DNA from: Bacillota bacterium
GTDB taxonomy: Bacteria; Bacillota; Halanaerobiia; B1SED10-174
Assembly (NCBI GenBank): GCA_007122335.1
Contig: SKTZ01000092.1
Location: 285-64,284 of the forward strand
Direction of reading: 5' to 3'
DNA length: 64,000 nucleotides
Positions within the stretch are counted from its first letter, which is position 1; each line of letters begins with the position of its first letter. Below, in pieces: positions 38,184 through 49,500 of this stretch. Position numbers and translations under genes: made by a program. The notes beneath the pieces were generated by a model. The model was not told the origin of the DNA, made no database searches, and worked only from the letters and a program-made list of their open reading frames with translations.

Positions 38184-39179
38184 ATGGAAACGGGGAAACT
38201 GACGCCCGACCAGTTGCACAAATTAGTCTTAAAAGGAATTGGAAAGAGGCGAAACGATGTCTTATTACCCCCAGGCCTCGGAGAGGATTCGGCGGTAATT
38301 GACTTTGGAGAAGAGGTCTGTGTTGTTGCTACTGACCCTATTACGGGAGCCGGAGAAAATATTGGGAAACTTGCCGTTCACATTTCCTGCAACGATATTG
38401 CAGCTACTGGAGCTGTTCCCCTGGGTATCCAGGTCTGCCTTTTATTGCCCCCGGATGTTCGGGAGGAAGTGGTCAGGGAAATAATGGACCAGATCGAAGA
38501 AGAGGCCAATCGCCTCCAGATTGAAATACTGGGAGGGCATACAGAAGTCACCAATGCGGTAAACCAGAATGTTATAGTTGCTACTGCCCTTGGTCGAACG
38601 GCAAAGGATAAATTCATTACTTCAGGAGGGGCGAAACCCGGGGATGCTCTTATAATGTCCAAGGGAGCTGGAATTGAGGGAGCAGGGATTATTGCCACCG
38701 ATTTTTCTGATCTTTTGCTCCAGGGAGGACTTAGTCCAAAAACAATTGAAGAAGCAAAGGCCTTCCTCGAGCAGATTAGTGTAATTGAGGAGGGTAAAGT
38801 TGGTTCGGAAAATGGGGCCACTGCTCTGCATGATGTTACAGAGGGAGGGATAATTGGAGCTGTCTTTGAAATGGCGACAGCAGCCAAGGCAGGGTTTATT
38901 CTTCGGGAAAGAGATATTTTTATTCCTCCCGCAGTTGGTAAGATCTGTCGGGCTTTGCAGATTGATCCCCTCAAACTAATTTCCTCTGGAGCGATGATTT
39001 TTGCTTCTCCCAGGCCTGAAAAAATAATTGAAGCACTGGAAAAGAAGGGCATTAAAGGTTCTGTTATTGGGGAGATTACTTCTGAAAAAGGGATCCTGGA
39101 AAGGATTGACGGCTCTCGAGAGGTTATAGAAAGTGCTCCTAGAGATGAATTATGGAGCTTTTTAGAGAGAAAGGGGTAA
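38184..39179 (+). CDS. AIR synthase-related protein (PurM/ThiL/HypE/SelD fold)
   Basis: Contains GEDSAVI, ATDPITG and DIAATGA, with an N- plus C-domain layout. Confidence 0.7.
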   Translation: METGKLTPDQLHKLVLKGIGKRRNDVLLPPGLGEDSAVIDFGEEVCVVATDPITGAGENIGKLAVHISCNDIAATGAVPLGIQVCLLLPPDVREEVVREIMDQIEEEANRLQIEILGGHTEVTNAVNQNVIVATALGRTAKDKFITSGGAKPGDALIMSKGAGIEGAGIIATDFSDLLLQGGLSPKTIEEAKAFLEQISVIEEGKVGSENGATALHDVTEGGIIGAVFEMATAAKAGFILRERDIFIPPAVGKICRALQIDPLKLISSGAMIFASPRPEKIIEALEKKGIKGSVIGEITSEKGILERIDGSREVIESAPRDELWSFLERKG

Positions 39180-39225
39180 ATAGACAACTCTATTTAAGCA
39201 ATTTGCATTTAATGGCGGTTAATAG

Positions 39226-39254
39226 TTGACTGTTTTTCAGTTTATTGGTATACT
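39226..39254 (+). promoter_or_regulatory. spoVG promoter
   Basis: TTGACT, 17 nt spacer, TATACT. Confidence 0.55.
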
Positions 39255-39290
39255 GTTTTGTACACGCCACGCATGAAAGGGGATAGCAAT

Positions 39291-39608
39291 TTGGAAGTTA
39301 CAGATGTACGGGTGCGTAAGGTTGACCACGATAACCGAACCAAGGCCTATGTGACTATTACCCTGGACGACTGCTTTGTGGTAAGGGACATACGTGTGGT
39401 GGAAGGGCAGAATGGTCTTTTTGTGGCAATGCCCAGCCGCAAAAGACCCGATGGGCAGTTTAAAGATATCGCCCACCCCATTAACACAGAAACCCGAAAA
39501 ATGATTGAGGAAGCAATTTTTGCCGAATACAACCTTGATGAAGAAGAAAAGGAAAAACCAAAGAAACCCGAAGAACCCCAAGAGGCACCTGAGGCGGAGG
39601 AAGAGTAG
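39291..39608 (+). CDS. spoVG: Septation/regulatory protein SpoVG
   Basis: Contains (M)[53 protein letters not shown] start at 39291. The C-terminal tail is Glu/Pro-rich. Confidence 0.9.
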   Translation: MEVTDVRVRKVDHDNRTKAYVTITLDDCFVVRDIRVVEGQNGLFVAMPSRKRPDGQFKDIAHPINTETRKMIEEAIFAEYNLDEEEKEKPKKPEEPQEAPEAEEE

Positions 39609-39619
39609 TCTTAAGGCTG

Positions 39620-40351
39620 TTGGCAAAGGTGCCGGCAGCCTTATTTAAAATTAACCCGGGGGAGGCTTTACTGCTGGAAAAAAGAAAACAAATCAGAAAG
39701 TTTCGATCTTCCGATAGAGAGCAGGTCACAAGGATTTTTATTGACAATGCTTTTGCCGGGGAAGGCCTTGCCGATTATTTCCCCCGTTTTGGGTTTCTGG
39801 CCTGGGCAATGATGGGAAGGTATTTTATTTTTCGCAGGGATTTTTTCTGGGTGGCCCAGGATGAAAAGGACCAGGTTATCGGTTTTATATGTGGGGATAC
39901 AGAGCATTTTTGCTTGAACTTATTAAAAATTTTTTTGCTCGCCCCGGTTATTGCCTTTTGGTTTATTTTAGACGCCCCCTTTATTACCCGGAGAGGATGG
40001 GATCTTCTGGGTGGTTTTTTTTGGTCTTTAATCCGCGGAGAATTTAATTTTAACTCCCGGGAGATTCCACGGGATTATCCCGCCCACCTCCATATTAATA
40101 TTGCCCCGGGTCTGCAGCAGAAAGGCCTGGGTTCGGAATTAATGGAAATTTTTCTCCAGGAATTAGAAAAGAGATCAATTAAAGGGGTTCATCTGCGCCT
40201 TTATGATGGAGATGATGAGGGTCAGGCCTACAGGTTTTTTAAAAAGTTCTCTTTTAAAGAAGTTACTCGCAAAGAAGCTTCTTTTATGTCAAGGGTTTCA
40301 GAAGAAAAAAAATTCCTGATAACAATGGTCAGGAAAATAGAAAGGGGTTAG
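39620..40351 (+). CDS. GNAT-family N-acetyltransferase (probable)
   Basis: The C-terminal part has a QQKGLGSELM acetyl-CoA-binding motif. The start is uncertain. Confidence 0.55.
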   Translation: MAKVPAALFKINPGEALLLEKRKQIRKFRSSDREQVTRIFIDNAFAGEGLADYFPRFGFLAWAMMGRYFIFRRDFFWVAQDEKDQVIGFICGDTEHFCLNLLKIFLLAPVIAFWFILDAPFITRRGWDLLGGFFWSLIRGEFNFNSREIPRDYPAHLHINIAPGLQQKGLGSELMEIFLQELEKRSIKGVHLRLYDGDDEGQAYRFFKKFSFKEVTRKEASFMSRVSEEKKFLITMVRKIERG

Positions 40352-40355
40352 AATT

Positions 40356-41219
40356 TTGCTGCTTTTACGTAATATTATAATTAGTGTCCTGGCAATCATT
40401 TTAATTGGCGGTTTTTCTTTCTGGTTGAGCGGCTTGATTTCCCGACCCCTGAGGTGGCGTTACTGGAAACGGCTTTTGGGAGTAATTATTTCTCTATTGA
40501 TAATATCCGCGGTATTCCATTTTTACGTTTATCATGGCTTCGGTTTCCAGGCTGATATTTATAGAAGTGGAAATACCCGGGAAAGGATTGTCGCAATTAC
40601 TTTCGATGATGGTCCCAGCCCCATTTACACTCCATTGATTCTGGATATTCTTGCCGAGTATGGAGTCCCTGCCGCTTTTTTCCTGGTAGGAGATCAAGTA
40701 GAGCGGTACCCGGAAATTGCCCTGCGGATTCATGAAGAGGGACATGAAATTGGCAATCACACTTATAATCATGTTCATGTTCCCACTACTCCTTCCCGAA
40801 GGCTTTCCGCGGAAATAATACAGACGGACCTGGAAATTTTACAGGCAACAGGAATTTACCCCGATTATATCCGCCCGCCCCGGGGGTTTTATGATGACCG
40901 CTTCCGGCGGTTGGCTGAACTTTTCGGCCACCGAATTGTTCTTTGGAGTCTTTCCAGCCAGGACTGGAGGGGAACTGCTACAGCCGATGGAATAACCAGG
41001 AGGGTTTTAAACAATGTAAAGCCCGGGGACATTATCCTCTTCCACGATAGCGGGGCCCTCTTGAATAAAGAGGGGGGTAACCGAATGAACACCGTCCAGG
41101 CTCTTTCCGGAATAATAGAGGGGTTGTGGGAGAAGGGCTATCGAATTGCTTCCCTGGAGGAAATTCTGGAAACTGCCACACCTGTTCAAATTGAACGCCA
41201 GGAAGATTATGTATATTAA
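40356..41219 (+). CDS. Polysaccharide deacetylase (NodB domain), membrane-anchored
   Basis: Contains ITFDDGPSP and GNHTYNH, with N-terminal TM segments. Confidence 0.85.
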   Translation: MLLLRNIIISVLAIILIGGFSFWLSGLISRPLRWRYWKRLLGVIISLLIISAVFHFYVYHGFGFQADIYRSGNTRERIVAITFDDGPSPIYTPLILDILAEYGVPAAFFLVGDQVERYPEIALRIHEEGHEIGNHTYNHVHVPTTPSRRLSAEIIQTDLEILQATGIYPDYIRPPRGFYDDRFRRLAELFGHRIVLWSLSSQDWRGTATADGITRRVLNNVKPGDIILFHDSGALLNKEGGNRMNTVQALSGIIEGLWEKGYRIASLEEILETATPVQIERQEDYVY

Positions 41220-41247
41220 AAAACGGGGCAGCGAGCCCCGTTTTTTA
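41219..41247. terminator. Bidirectional terminator
   Basis: Hairpin AACGGGGC-agcga-GCCCCGTT flanked by A- and T-runs. Confidence 0.75.
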
Positions 41248-42639
41248 CTGTCCAAACTGTAGTTCCTCGGTATAATCATCTTCATGGCTAACAATTTTCT
41301 CCTGCCAGTGGCCAAGAGAAAATAGGCCGAAGGCAATAAGGCAGATTAAAAGGTTGCTGGTGGCCATTGCATACCAGACGGATTTTTCTCCCAGGGTGGT
41401 GACATTTTGCAGGAGAAGAATTAAGGGGATTCTCAGGACCCATAACCGGCCTGTTGTAATCAGCATGGCTGTTACGGTATGGCCTGATCCCTGGAATGTT
41501 CCCACAAAGGACTGGAAAATTCCCATCAGAGGGAGAGAGATGGAGATTACCCGAAGGTAGTAAACTCCCTGTTCTAAAACAACCTGCTCGTTGCTGAAAA
41601 TTCCTACTACCCAGGGCGCCGAGATAAATAGTGCAGCTCCCCCGATTGCGAGGAGAGTTACAGATAACTTTATTGCTTCTTTAACGGCCAGGGTTGCCCG
41701 CTCTATCTGATCTGCTCCCAGGTTTTGCCCGACAATAGCAGCGAGCGCTGCTCCGATCCCCATGGCCGGCATAAGTACGAGGGAGTTAATCTTGTTCCCG
41801 ATTCCAAAGGCGGCGATTGTAAAACTACCAAAGCTCAAGACAAAAATGTTCAAGACCATAAAACCAAAGCCTTCGACTGAATTGCCAAATGCTGCCGGCA
41901 AACCAACCCGGATAATTTTTTGCAAGACGGTTAAATTGAAACGCAAATCCTGGATCCTCAAACGAATTCCGCTATTGGTAAAAAAGAGCAGGTACAATCC
42001 TGCAACTGAACTCAAGGCCCTGGAAAAAACGGTGGCCCAGGCTGCGCCTGCGATACCCATATTTAGGGAAAACATAAAAATAGGATCCAGAACTATGTTT
42101 AATAAAACCGAGCCACCGGCGAGGATCATGGGAATAAGCGTATCCCCCTGACCCTGTTTTATGGATTGAAATGCGAAAAAAACAAACATTGTTGGCATCC
42201 CAGCAAAAATTATTGCGAGGAACTCCCAGCTTAAATCGAAAAGGGTTCCGGAAGCACCTGTTGCTGCCAGGAGGTTTCGGCCAAAGAGTACTCCCAAAAT
42301 ACCCAGGGCCAAAGAGAACAGGAAAGAGAACGAGATTAACTGGCCGGCGACCTTCCTCGCTTCCATTTCTTTATTTAATCCTATAAACTGGGCAATAATA
42401 CTGGTCCCGGCGATATTTATCCCGATGCCAAAAGCAATGGTCACAAAAATAATGGGCCAGACAAAATTTATAGCCGCTACTGCGTGGTCTCCATCAGCGA
42501 GGCGGCTTACCCAGAACATATCGACAACCTGGTAAATGGTCTGGATGGCGTTGCCCAGCATAATGGGGAGTGATAGAGATATTATAGCTTTTTTTATATC
42601 CCCTTTTAAAATCCTATCCCTGTTGGTATTTTTTATCAT
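41245..42639 (-). CDS. MATE-family efflux transporter
   Basis: 12-TM pattern with an N-terminus typical of the family (ILKGDIKKAIISLSLPIMLGNAIQ). ATG at 42639 follows GGAGGCGGGAGA. Confidence 0.85.
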   Translation of the reverse strand: MIKNTNRDRILKGDIKKAIISLSLPIMLGNAIQTIYQVVDMFWVSRLADGDHAVAAINFVWPIIFVTIAFGIGINIAGTSIIAQFIGLNKEMEARKVAGQLISFSFLFSLALGILGVLFGRNLLAATGASGTLFDLSWEFLAIIFAGMPTMFVFFAFQSIKQGQGDTLIPMILAGGSVLLNIVLDPIFMFSLNMGIAGAAWATVFSRALSSVAGLYLLFFTNSGIRLRIQDLRFNLTVLQKIIRVGLPAAFGNSVEGFGFMVLNIFVLSFGSFTIAAFGIGNKINSLVLMPAMGIGAALAAIVGQNLGADQIERATLAVKEAIKLSVTLLAIGGAALFISAPWVVGIFSNEQVVLEQGVYYLRVISISLPLMGIFQSFVGTFQGSGHTVTAMLITTGRLWVLRIPLILLLQNVTTLGEKSVWYAMATSNLLICLIAFGLFSLGHWQEKIVSHEDDYTEELQFGQ

Positions 42640-42776
42640 TGTTTCTCCCGCCTCCGGGATAATTATAGCACAAACAGGAAAAAAAGGGGAAAAATATGGA
42701 GGGCCCAATAATTTTTTTCAGAAAAAATAAAAAAGGGAATTTGCCTTCAAGGGGTTTTGCAGGCAAGGGTTCCGCC

Positions 42777-42805
42777 TTGACACACAGGGGTAAATTTGTT
42801 ATAAT
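42777..42805 (+). promoter_or_regulatory. glmU-prs promoter
   Basis: TTGACA, 17 nt spacer, TATAAT. Confidence 0.6.
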
Positions 42806-42860
42806 TCTTTTGCTATTCATAGGAGCGGCGGCTCCTATTTTATTAAGGAAAAAATGATGG

Positions 42861-44237
42861 GTGGGAGGGTTTGTGGTGGATAAAGAGCTGGCCGTGGTAA
42901 TTCTGGCCGCTGGAAAAGGAACCCGGATGAAATCAAAAAAGCCCAAGGTTCTGCATGAACTTATGGGCAAGCCCATTATCAGGTATATACTTGACGCTGT
43001 TTCTCCCCTTAACCCTGCCCTTACCGGGCTGGTGGTTGGCCACAATGGGGAACAGGTAAAAAAACAACTGGGAGATTCCCCCCTGGTATTTATAGACCAG
43101 GAACAGCAATTGGGCACAGGCCATGCCTTAAAGCAGGCCCGGGAAGCTCTTGTTGATTTTAAAGGAAACCTACTCGTTATTTATGGGGACACTCCCCTTT
43201 TAACAACTGAGAGCCTGGAAAAGTTGTTAGAAGTCCATACTGAAAACAATTCTTGGGCTACGGTTCTTACTACCGATATGCCGGACCCACATGGATACGG
43301 CAGGATTATTCGCAGCGAGAATGGGGAGGAATTACAGGCTATAGTGGAACAAAAAGATCTGGAACCTTCCCAGCAACAAATCCAGGAGATTAATTCTGGG
43401 ACCTATGTTTTCCGGTGCCCGGAAGTATTTTCAATCCTGGAAAAACTGGATACAGATAATAAACAGGGTGAATACTACCTGACCGATATTGTCCATATCT
43501 GGGCTCAAGAAGGTAAGAAAAACTACCCGGTTAAAGTTGATGATTACCAGGAAGTTATGGGAATTAATGATAGAGTCGATTTATCCCAAGCATTTGAAAT
43601 TCTCCGCGGCAGGATCAACCGCCAACACCAGTTAAATGGTGTTACCATTGAAGACCCTGCCAATACTTATATCGAACCCGGGGTAAAAATAGCCCCGGAT
43701 ACTGTTATTCGACCTGGAACTATACTCGAGGGCAATACAGAAGTTGGGGAAAATGTGGTTCTGGGACCAGATACCACTCTAATTGATACCCGGGTGGGCC
43801 GGGACAGCAGGATAATTAAATCTCACGTTAATAAGACAGAAATTGGCCCGGGATGCAGTGTGGGGCCTTTTGCCCACATCCGGCCGGAAACAGTGCTGCA
43901 AAAAGGAGTTAAGATTGGGGATTTTGTTGAGGTAAAAAAATCAACTATAGGTGAGGGTAGCAAAGTTCCCCACCTGGCCTATGTTGGTGATGCTACTCTT
44001 GGTCCTGGTTGCAATATTGGAGCGGGGACCATATTTGCCAACTATGATGGGCAGAAAAAGCACCATACTCACCTTGGCCGGGAGGTCTTTATTGGAAGCA
44101 ACTCCACTCTGGTAGCGCCGTTGCGAATTGGAGATCGGGCCCGAACCGGGGCCGGAGCTGTAGTAACCAGGGATGTGGAAGCAGGAGTAACAGTTGTAGG
44201 GGTCCCAGCGAAACCATTTTCCAAGAAAAACAAGTAA
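42861..44237 (+). CDS. glmU: Bifunctional UDP-N-acetylglucosamine pyrophosphorylase / GlcN-1-P acetyltransferase
   Basis: Contains ILAAGKGTRMKS and LbH hexapeptide repeats in the C-terminal half. The start may be a few codons downstream. Confidence 0.95.
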   Translation: MGGFVVDKELAVVILAAGKGTRMKSKKPKVLHELMGKPIIRYILDAVSPLNPALTGLVVGHNGEQVKKQLGDSPLVFIDQEQQLGTGHALKQAREALVDFKGNLLVIYGDTPLLTTESLEKLLEVHTENNSWATVLTTDMPDPHGYGRIIRSENGEELQAIVEQKDLEPSQQQIQEINSGTYVFRCPEVFSILEKLDTDNKQGEYYLTDIVHIWAQEGKKNYPVKVDDYQEVMGINDRVDLSQAFEILRGRINRQHQLNGVTIEDPANTYIEPGVKIAPDTVIRPGTILEGNTEVGENVVLGPDTTLIDTRVGRDSRIIKSHVNKTEIGPGCSVGPFAHIRPETVLQKGVKIGDFVEVKKSTIGEGSKVPHLAYVGDATLGPGCNIGAGTIFANYDGQKKHHTHLGREVFIGSNSTLVAPLRIGDRARTGAGAVVTRDVEAGVTVVGVPAKPFSKKNK

Positions 44238-44250
44238 GGAGAAATCAAAA

Positions 44251-45189
44251 ATGGCCGCTCTGCAGAATATTAAGTTGATTACCGGAAATGCCAATCCTCA
44301 ACTCGCCGAGAAAATTGCCCGCTACCTTGAAGTGGACCTGGTCAGCTGCCAGGTAGGACGATTTAACGATGGAGAAGTCCAGGTGAAAATGGAAGAGAGC
44401 GTGAGGGGAGGGCATGCCTTTGTCCTGCAGCCAACCTCTCCTCCTGTCAACGACAATCTCATGGAATTATTAATTATTATTGATGCCTTGAGACGAGCTT
44501 CGGTCAACCAGATTACTGCTGTTCTTCCTTACTTTGGTTATGCCCGGCAGGATCGAAAAACTCAACCAAGGGATCCGGTATCCGCAAAGCTTGTTGCCAA
44601 CCTGATTACCGCATCTGGTGCGGACAGGGTTGTTAGTATTGATCTTCACGCTCCACAGATTCAGGGTTTTTTTGATCTTCCTTTTGACAACCTGCTGGCA
44701 GAACCTATTTTTGTTGATTATTTTCGCCAGAAAAGCCTGGAAGATGTTGTAGTAGTTGCTCCCGACGTGGGAGCTGTCAAGGAAGCCCGCCGTTTTGCGG
44801 CTAAATTAAAGGTTCCCATGGCCATTATTGATAAAAGACGGCCTGAACCTAACCGGGCCGAGGTCATGAATATTATTGGCCAGGTTAAGGGTAAAAATGT
44901 TATAATCAGGGATGACATTATTGATACCGGTGGAACCCTTACTGAAGGCGCAGCACACCTGAAAGAAGCGGGTTGTGAGAGAGTAATAGGTTGCTGTACT
45001 CACCCCATACTTTCCGGTCCCGCGCGTGAAAGGTTGAGCTCAGGAGTTTTTGATGAAATTGTTTTTTCTGATACGATTCCCCTTGATTGGGATGATCCGA
45101 AAGTAAAAATACTCTCTGTGGACAAGCTTTTAGGTGAAGCCATAGATAGAATAAGCAAGAATATTTCGGTATCAGCCCTGTTTTATTGA
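44251..45189 (+). CDS. prs: Ribose-phosphate pyrophosphokinase
   Basis: Contains the PRPP-binding loop RDDIIDTGGT, YFGYARQDRK and FNDGE. Confidence 0.95.
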   Translation: MAALQNIKLITGNANPQLAEKIARYLEVDLVSCQVGRFNDGEVQVKMEESVRGGHAFVLQPTSPPVNDNLMELLIIIDALRRASVNQITAVLPYFGYARQDRKTQPRDPVSAKLVANLITASGADRVVSIDLHAPQIQGFFDLPFDNLLAEPIFVDYFRQKSLEDVVVVAPDVGAVKEARRFAAKLKVPMAIIDKRRPEPNRAEVMNIIGQVKGKNVIIRDDIIDTGGTLTEGAAHLKEAGCERVIGCCTHPILSGPARERLSSGVFDEIVFSDTIPLDWDDPKVKILSVDKLLGEAIDRISKNISVSALFY

Positions 45190-45217
45190 TATTTAAATCT
45201 GGAAGGAGCGGATAGGA

Positions 45218-45883
<666 letters not shown>

Positions 45884-45888
45884 AAACA

Positions 45889-45918
45889 GGGGCGCAGCAG
45901 GGCTGCGCCCTTCCTTTC
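45889..45918 (+). terminator. Terminator-like hairpin after rplY
   Basis: Hairpin GGGCGCAGC-aggg-GCTGCGCCC followed by TTCCTTTC. Confidence 0.55.
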
Positions 45919-45931
45919 AGGAGAGATGTTA

Positions 45932-46507
45932 ATGAAGATCCTGGTGGGACTGGGCAATCCCGGCCAAGAATACAAGCTTACCCGCCACAACATAGGTTTT
46001 TGGGTTGTAGAAGCTCTGGCCCTGGAACTTGGCTTTAAATGGTCCGAAAGGATTTGCCGGAGCCGTCTTTGTCGGGGCAAAGTTTTTGGACAGGAAATAA
46101 TTCTGGCCAAGCCGCATACCTTTATGAACAGGAGCGGCTCGGCCTGTTTGTGTTTGCAGAATAAAGAGGAAATTGATCCCCGTGATTTTTTTATTATTTA
46201 TGATGACCTGGACCTTGAGCCAGGACAAATGAGGCTGCGCAAACAGGGAAGTTCAGGAGGGCACCGGGGCATGGGATCGATAATTAATGTTCTGGGAACA
46301 AGGGAAATTCCCCGATTGCGAATGGGGATTGGCCGCCCCCTGGGTTCGGAGGAACCCAGGGAATATGTTCTTAAACCTTTAAGCAAATCCGAACAAAAAG
46401 AACAGCAGGAACATGTAGATAAAGCTGTAGAAGGTTTGCTTGTTTTAATGGAAGATGGTTTTGAGCGGGCCATGCCTATTCTCAATAAACGGCTTGATTC
46501 TGAATAA
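45932..46507 (+). CDS. pth: Peptidyl-tRNA hydrolase
   Basis: Contains MKILVGLGNPGQEYKLTRHNIGF and GGHRGM. Confidence 0.95.
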   Translation: MKILVGLGNPGQEYKLTRHNIGFWVVEALALELGFKWSERICRSRLCRGKVFGQEIILAKPHTFMNRSGSACLCLQNKEEIDPRDFFIIYDDLDLEPGQMRLRKQGSSGGHRGMGSIINVLGTREIPRLRMGIGRPLGSEEPREYVLKPLSKSEQKEQQEHVDKAVEGLLVLMEDGFERAMPILNKRLDSE

Positions 46508-46589
46508 AAAAGTGAAAAATTCCAAGGAGAACCAACCCTCCGGGAAAATCCCGGTGGGATTTAAGTTATTTACAGGAAAGGGGCTAAAA

Positions 46590-49500
46590 ATGTTCTTAAA
46601 AATTCTTGCTCAAAATGCATCGTTTTCCAAACTACAACAGGTACTTCCGGGGAATAAAAATATTCAATTGAAAGACCTGGAAACAGGGCCCAAGTCCCTT
46701 TTCTTCTGGGGAGCGAGCCAGGAAAACAAAAATCTGATTGTGCTTACAGGAGGGCCCCAGGAAGCCCTGGAATTGTTTGAGGATTTAATTCAGTTTGATG
46801 GTGACCAGGTTTTATATTTCCCCGCCCAGGAGATTCTTCCCCACGAAAGGATCCAGGCGGATATTTCTCTGCGCCGGGAAAGGATGGAAGTTTTAACCCG
46901 TCTGGCGGCGAGCAAAAAAAATTTCCTGGTGGTAACATCCATCCAGGCTGTCCTCCAGGGGTTACTTCCCCCCGAGGTATTTCAAGCCCATATCAGGAAA
47001 TTATCCCTCGGGGAAACTTACGACCTTAAGGGTCTTCTTAAATTTTTGCAGCGAGCAGGTTACGAAAGGGTGCCCCAGGTTGAAAACTGGGGACAATTTT
47101 CCCGCCGGGGAGGTATTCTTGATATTTTTCCTTTAACCCGTGATACCCCGGTCCGAATTGAATTTTTTGATGACGAGATTGATTCAATCCGGTCCTTTGA
47201 CCTGGGGACCCAGCGATCCCAGGAAAAGTTGAATGAAGTTATTATTCCCCCGGCCAGTGAACAGATGCTCCCATCTCAGAGGCAGGAAGCTTTAAAAGAA
47301 ATAAGAAAAAACAGGGAGCGGGAAGAGGAAAGATTAAAAAAAGCTGACAAAAACGAAGAAGCGGAATACCTGAAAGAAAAAACCGGAGCCGACCTGGAAC
47401 TAATTCAGCAGGGGCAACTCTCGGAGGGTGCTGGACAGTACCTGCCTTATTTTTACCGCAAAATGTCTTCTCTCCTTGATTTTGCAGGCCCGGTCCCCAT
47501 GATTATGGATAATCCCCGCTTCATTGAACAAAGAGCACAGAATTTTGCCATAGAGATGGCGGAAACTGAAATTTCTCTCCGGGAACAGGGTAGTATTTTA
47601 CCAGGATACGGGGAGAATTTCCACAAGTTTGCAGATATCCTGGAAGTGCTTTTACAAAGACAGCTAATTCTGGTTAATGAAAACGCTCCTGAAGATTGGC
47701 AACTGGGAAATCTGGAGGAGATTACAGTTGAGGCAGAAGGAGTAAGCAATTTTGGGGGTAACCTGGAAAAACTTGTAGAAACTGCTCAAAAACGTCTGAA
47801 AAGTGGCTACCGGGTTATCCTGAGTTTTGGGACAAGAGCAAAAATTTCCAAGGTGAGAGAACACCTGGAAGGGCAGGAGTTGGGTTGCCGAACAGTAAAT
47901 CTAAAGGAAAATATTTCCCCGGGCAAAATTAATCTGGTTAACGCCACGGTCCGAAGGGGTTTTAATTTTCCCGGAGAAAAACTGACCTGGTGGAGTGAGC
48001 AGGAGGTATTCGGCAAACAACAGCTTCGCAAAAGAAAGGTTCAGAATTTACAGGAAGGGATCCAGATTTCTTCTTTCCAGGAATTAAATCCGGGGGACTA
48101 TGTTGTTCATGAACATCACGGAGTGGGCAAATACTTAGGGGTCAGGACCGAAAAGGTTCTCGAGGTCCACCAGGATTACCTGGTTATAAAATATGCTGGA
48201 GATGACCGTCTTTATGTTCCCACTCACCAGATTCACCTGATTCAGAAGTACGTGGGGATGGAAGACCAGCCACCCCGCCTTTACAGGCTGGGGGGCGGCG
48301 ACTGGAATCGGGTAAAGAAAAAGGTTAAAGAATCTGTTCAGGAAATGGCCCAGGGGTTGCTCCAGCTTTACGCCGAAAGGGAATCGGCCCGGGGATATCA
48401 GTACTCTCCCGATACAGTCTGGCAGGCTGAATTTGAAGAAGCTTTTCCCTACGAGGAAACACCGGACCAGATCCGGGCAGTTGAACAGATTAAAGGGGAC
48501 ATGGAAGACGGCCGCCCCATGGACAGGCTTTTATGTGGTGATGTTGGTTATGGAAAAACCGAGGTGGCCATCAGGGCTTCTTTTAAGGCGGTAATGGAGG
48601 GAAAACAGGTTGCTTTCCTGGTTCCGACAACCATCCTGGCCCAGCAGCATTTCAATACTTTTCTGGACCGTTTCGAAGATTACCCGGTAAATATTGAGAT
48701 GATTTCCCGGTTTCGCAGTCCGGGTAAGCAGAAAGAGATCTTGAAAAAAACTCGTGAGGGCCAGGTGGATATAATTATCGGGACTCACCGGTTGCTATCA
48801 AAAGATGTTTCTTTCAGGGATCTTGGCCTTTTAATCGTAGACGAGGAACAGCGGTTTGGTGTTGTTCATAAAGAGAGGATTAAGGAATTGAAAAAGGATG
48901 TGGATGTCCTTACCCTGACGGCGACACCCATACCCAGGACCCTGCACATGTCCATGGTCGGGATGCGCGATATGAGCCTGATTGAGACTCCCCCCCGGGA
49001 TCGGTACCCGATCCGGACCTATGTCCGGGAATACAATAAGGATTTGATCAAGGAAGCAATCCAGCGTGAACTTGCGCGAGAAGGGCAGGTTTATTTTGTC
49101 CACAATAGGGTGGAAGATATTCAGGACCGGGCAGATGAAGTCCGAAGGCTGGTCCCTGAAGCAAGGGTTGCCGTAGCTCATGGTCAGATGGCAGAGAACA
49201 CCCTGGAAAAAATCATGCTCAGTTTTTTGAAGAAGGAATATGATATTCTGGTCTGTACAACCATAATTGAGACCGGGATGGATATTACCAATGTTAATAC
49301 AATTATCGTTAATAATGCGGATCAGATGGGCCTGGCTCAGCTGTACCAATTAAGAGGCAGGGTTGGCCGTTCCAACCGGGTTGCCTATGCTTATCTTCTT
49401 TACCGTCAGGGCAAGGTCTTATCAGAGGTTTCGGAAAAACGGCTAATGGCAATCAAGGAATTTACCAACCTGGGTTCGGGTTTTAAGCTGGCCCTGCGGG

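Noticed and set aside
38378-39187. 269-aa minus-strand ORF fully antisense to the AIR-synthase-like gene; the same applies to 17624..18427 (267 aa), antisense to the methyltransferase gene
   Set aside because: Their Ser/Pro/Ile-rich, low-complexity translations are typical of antisense frames. They have no SD, and the sense-strand genes carry clear family motifs.
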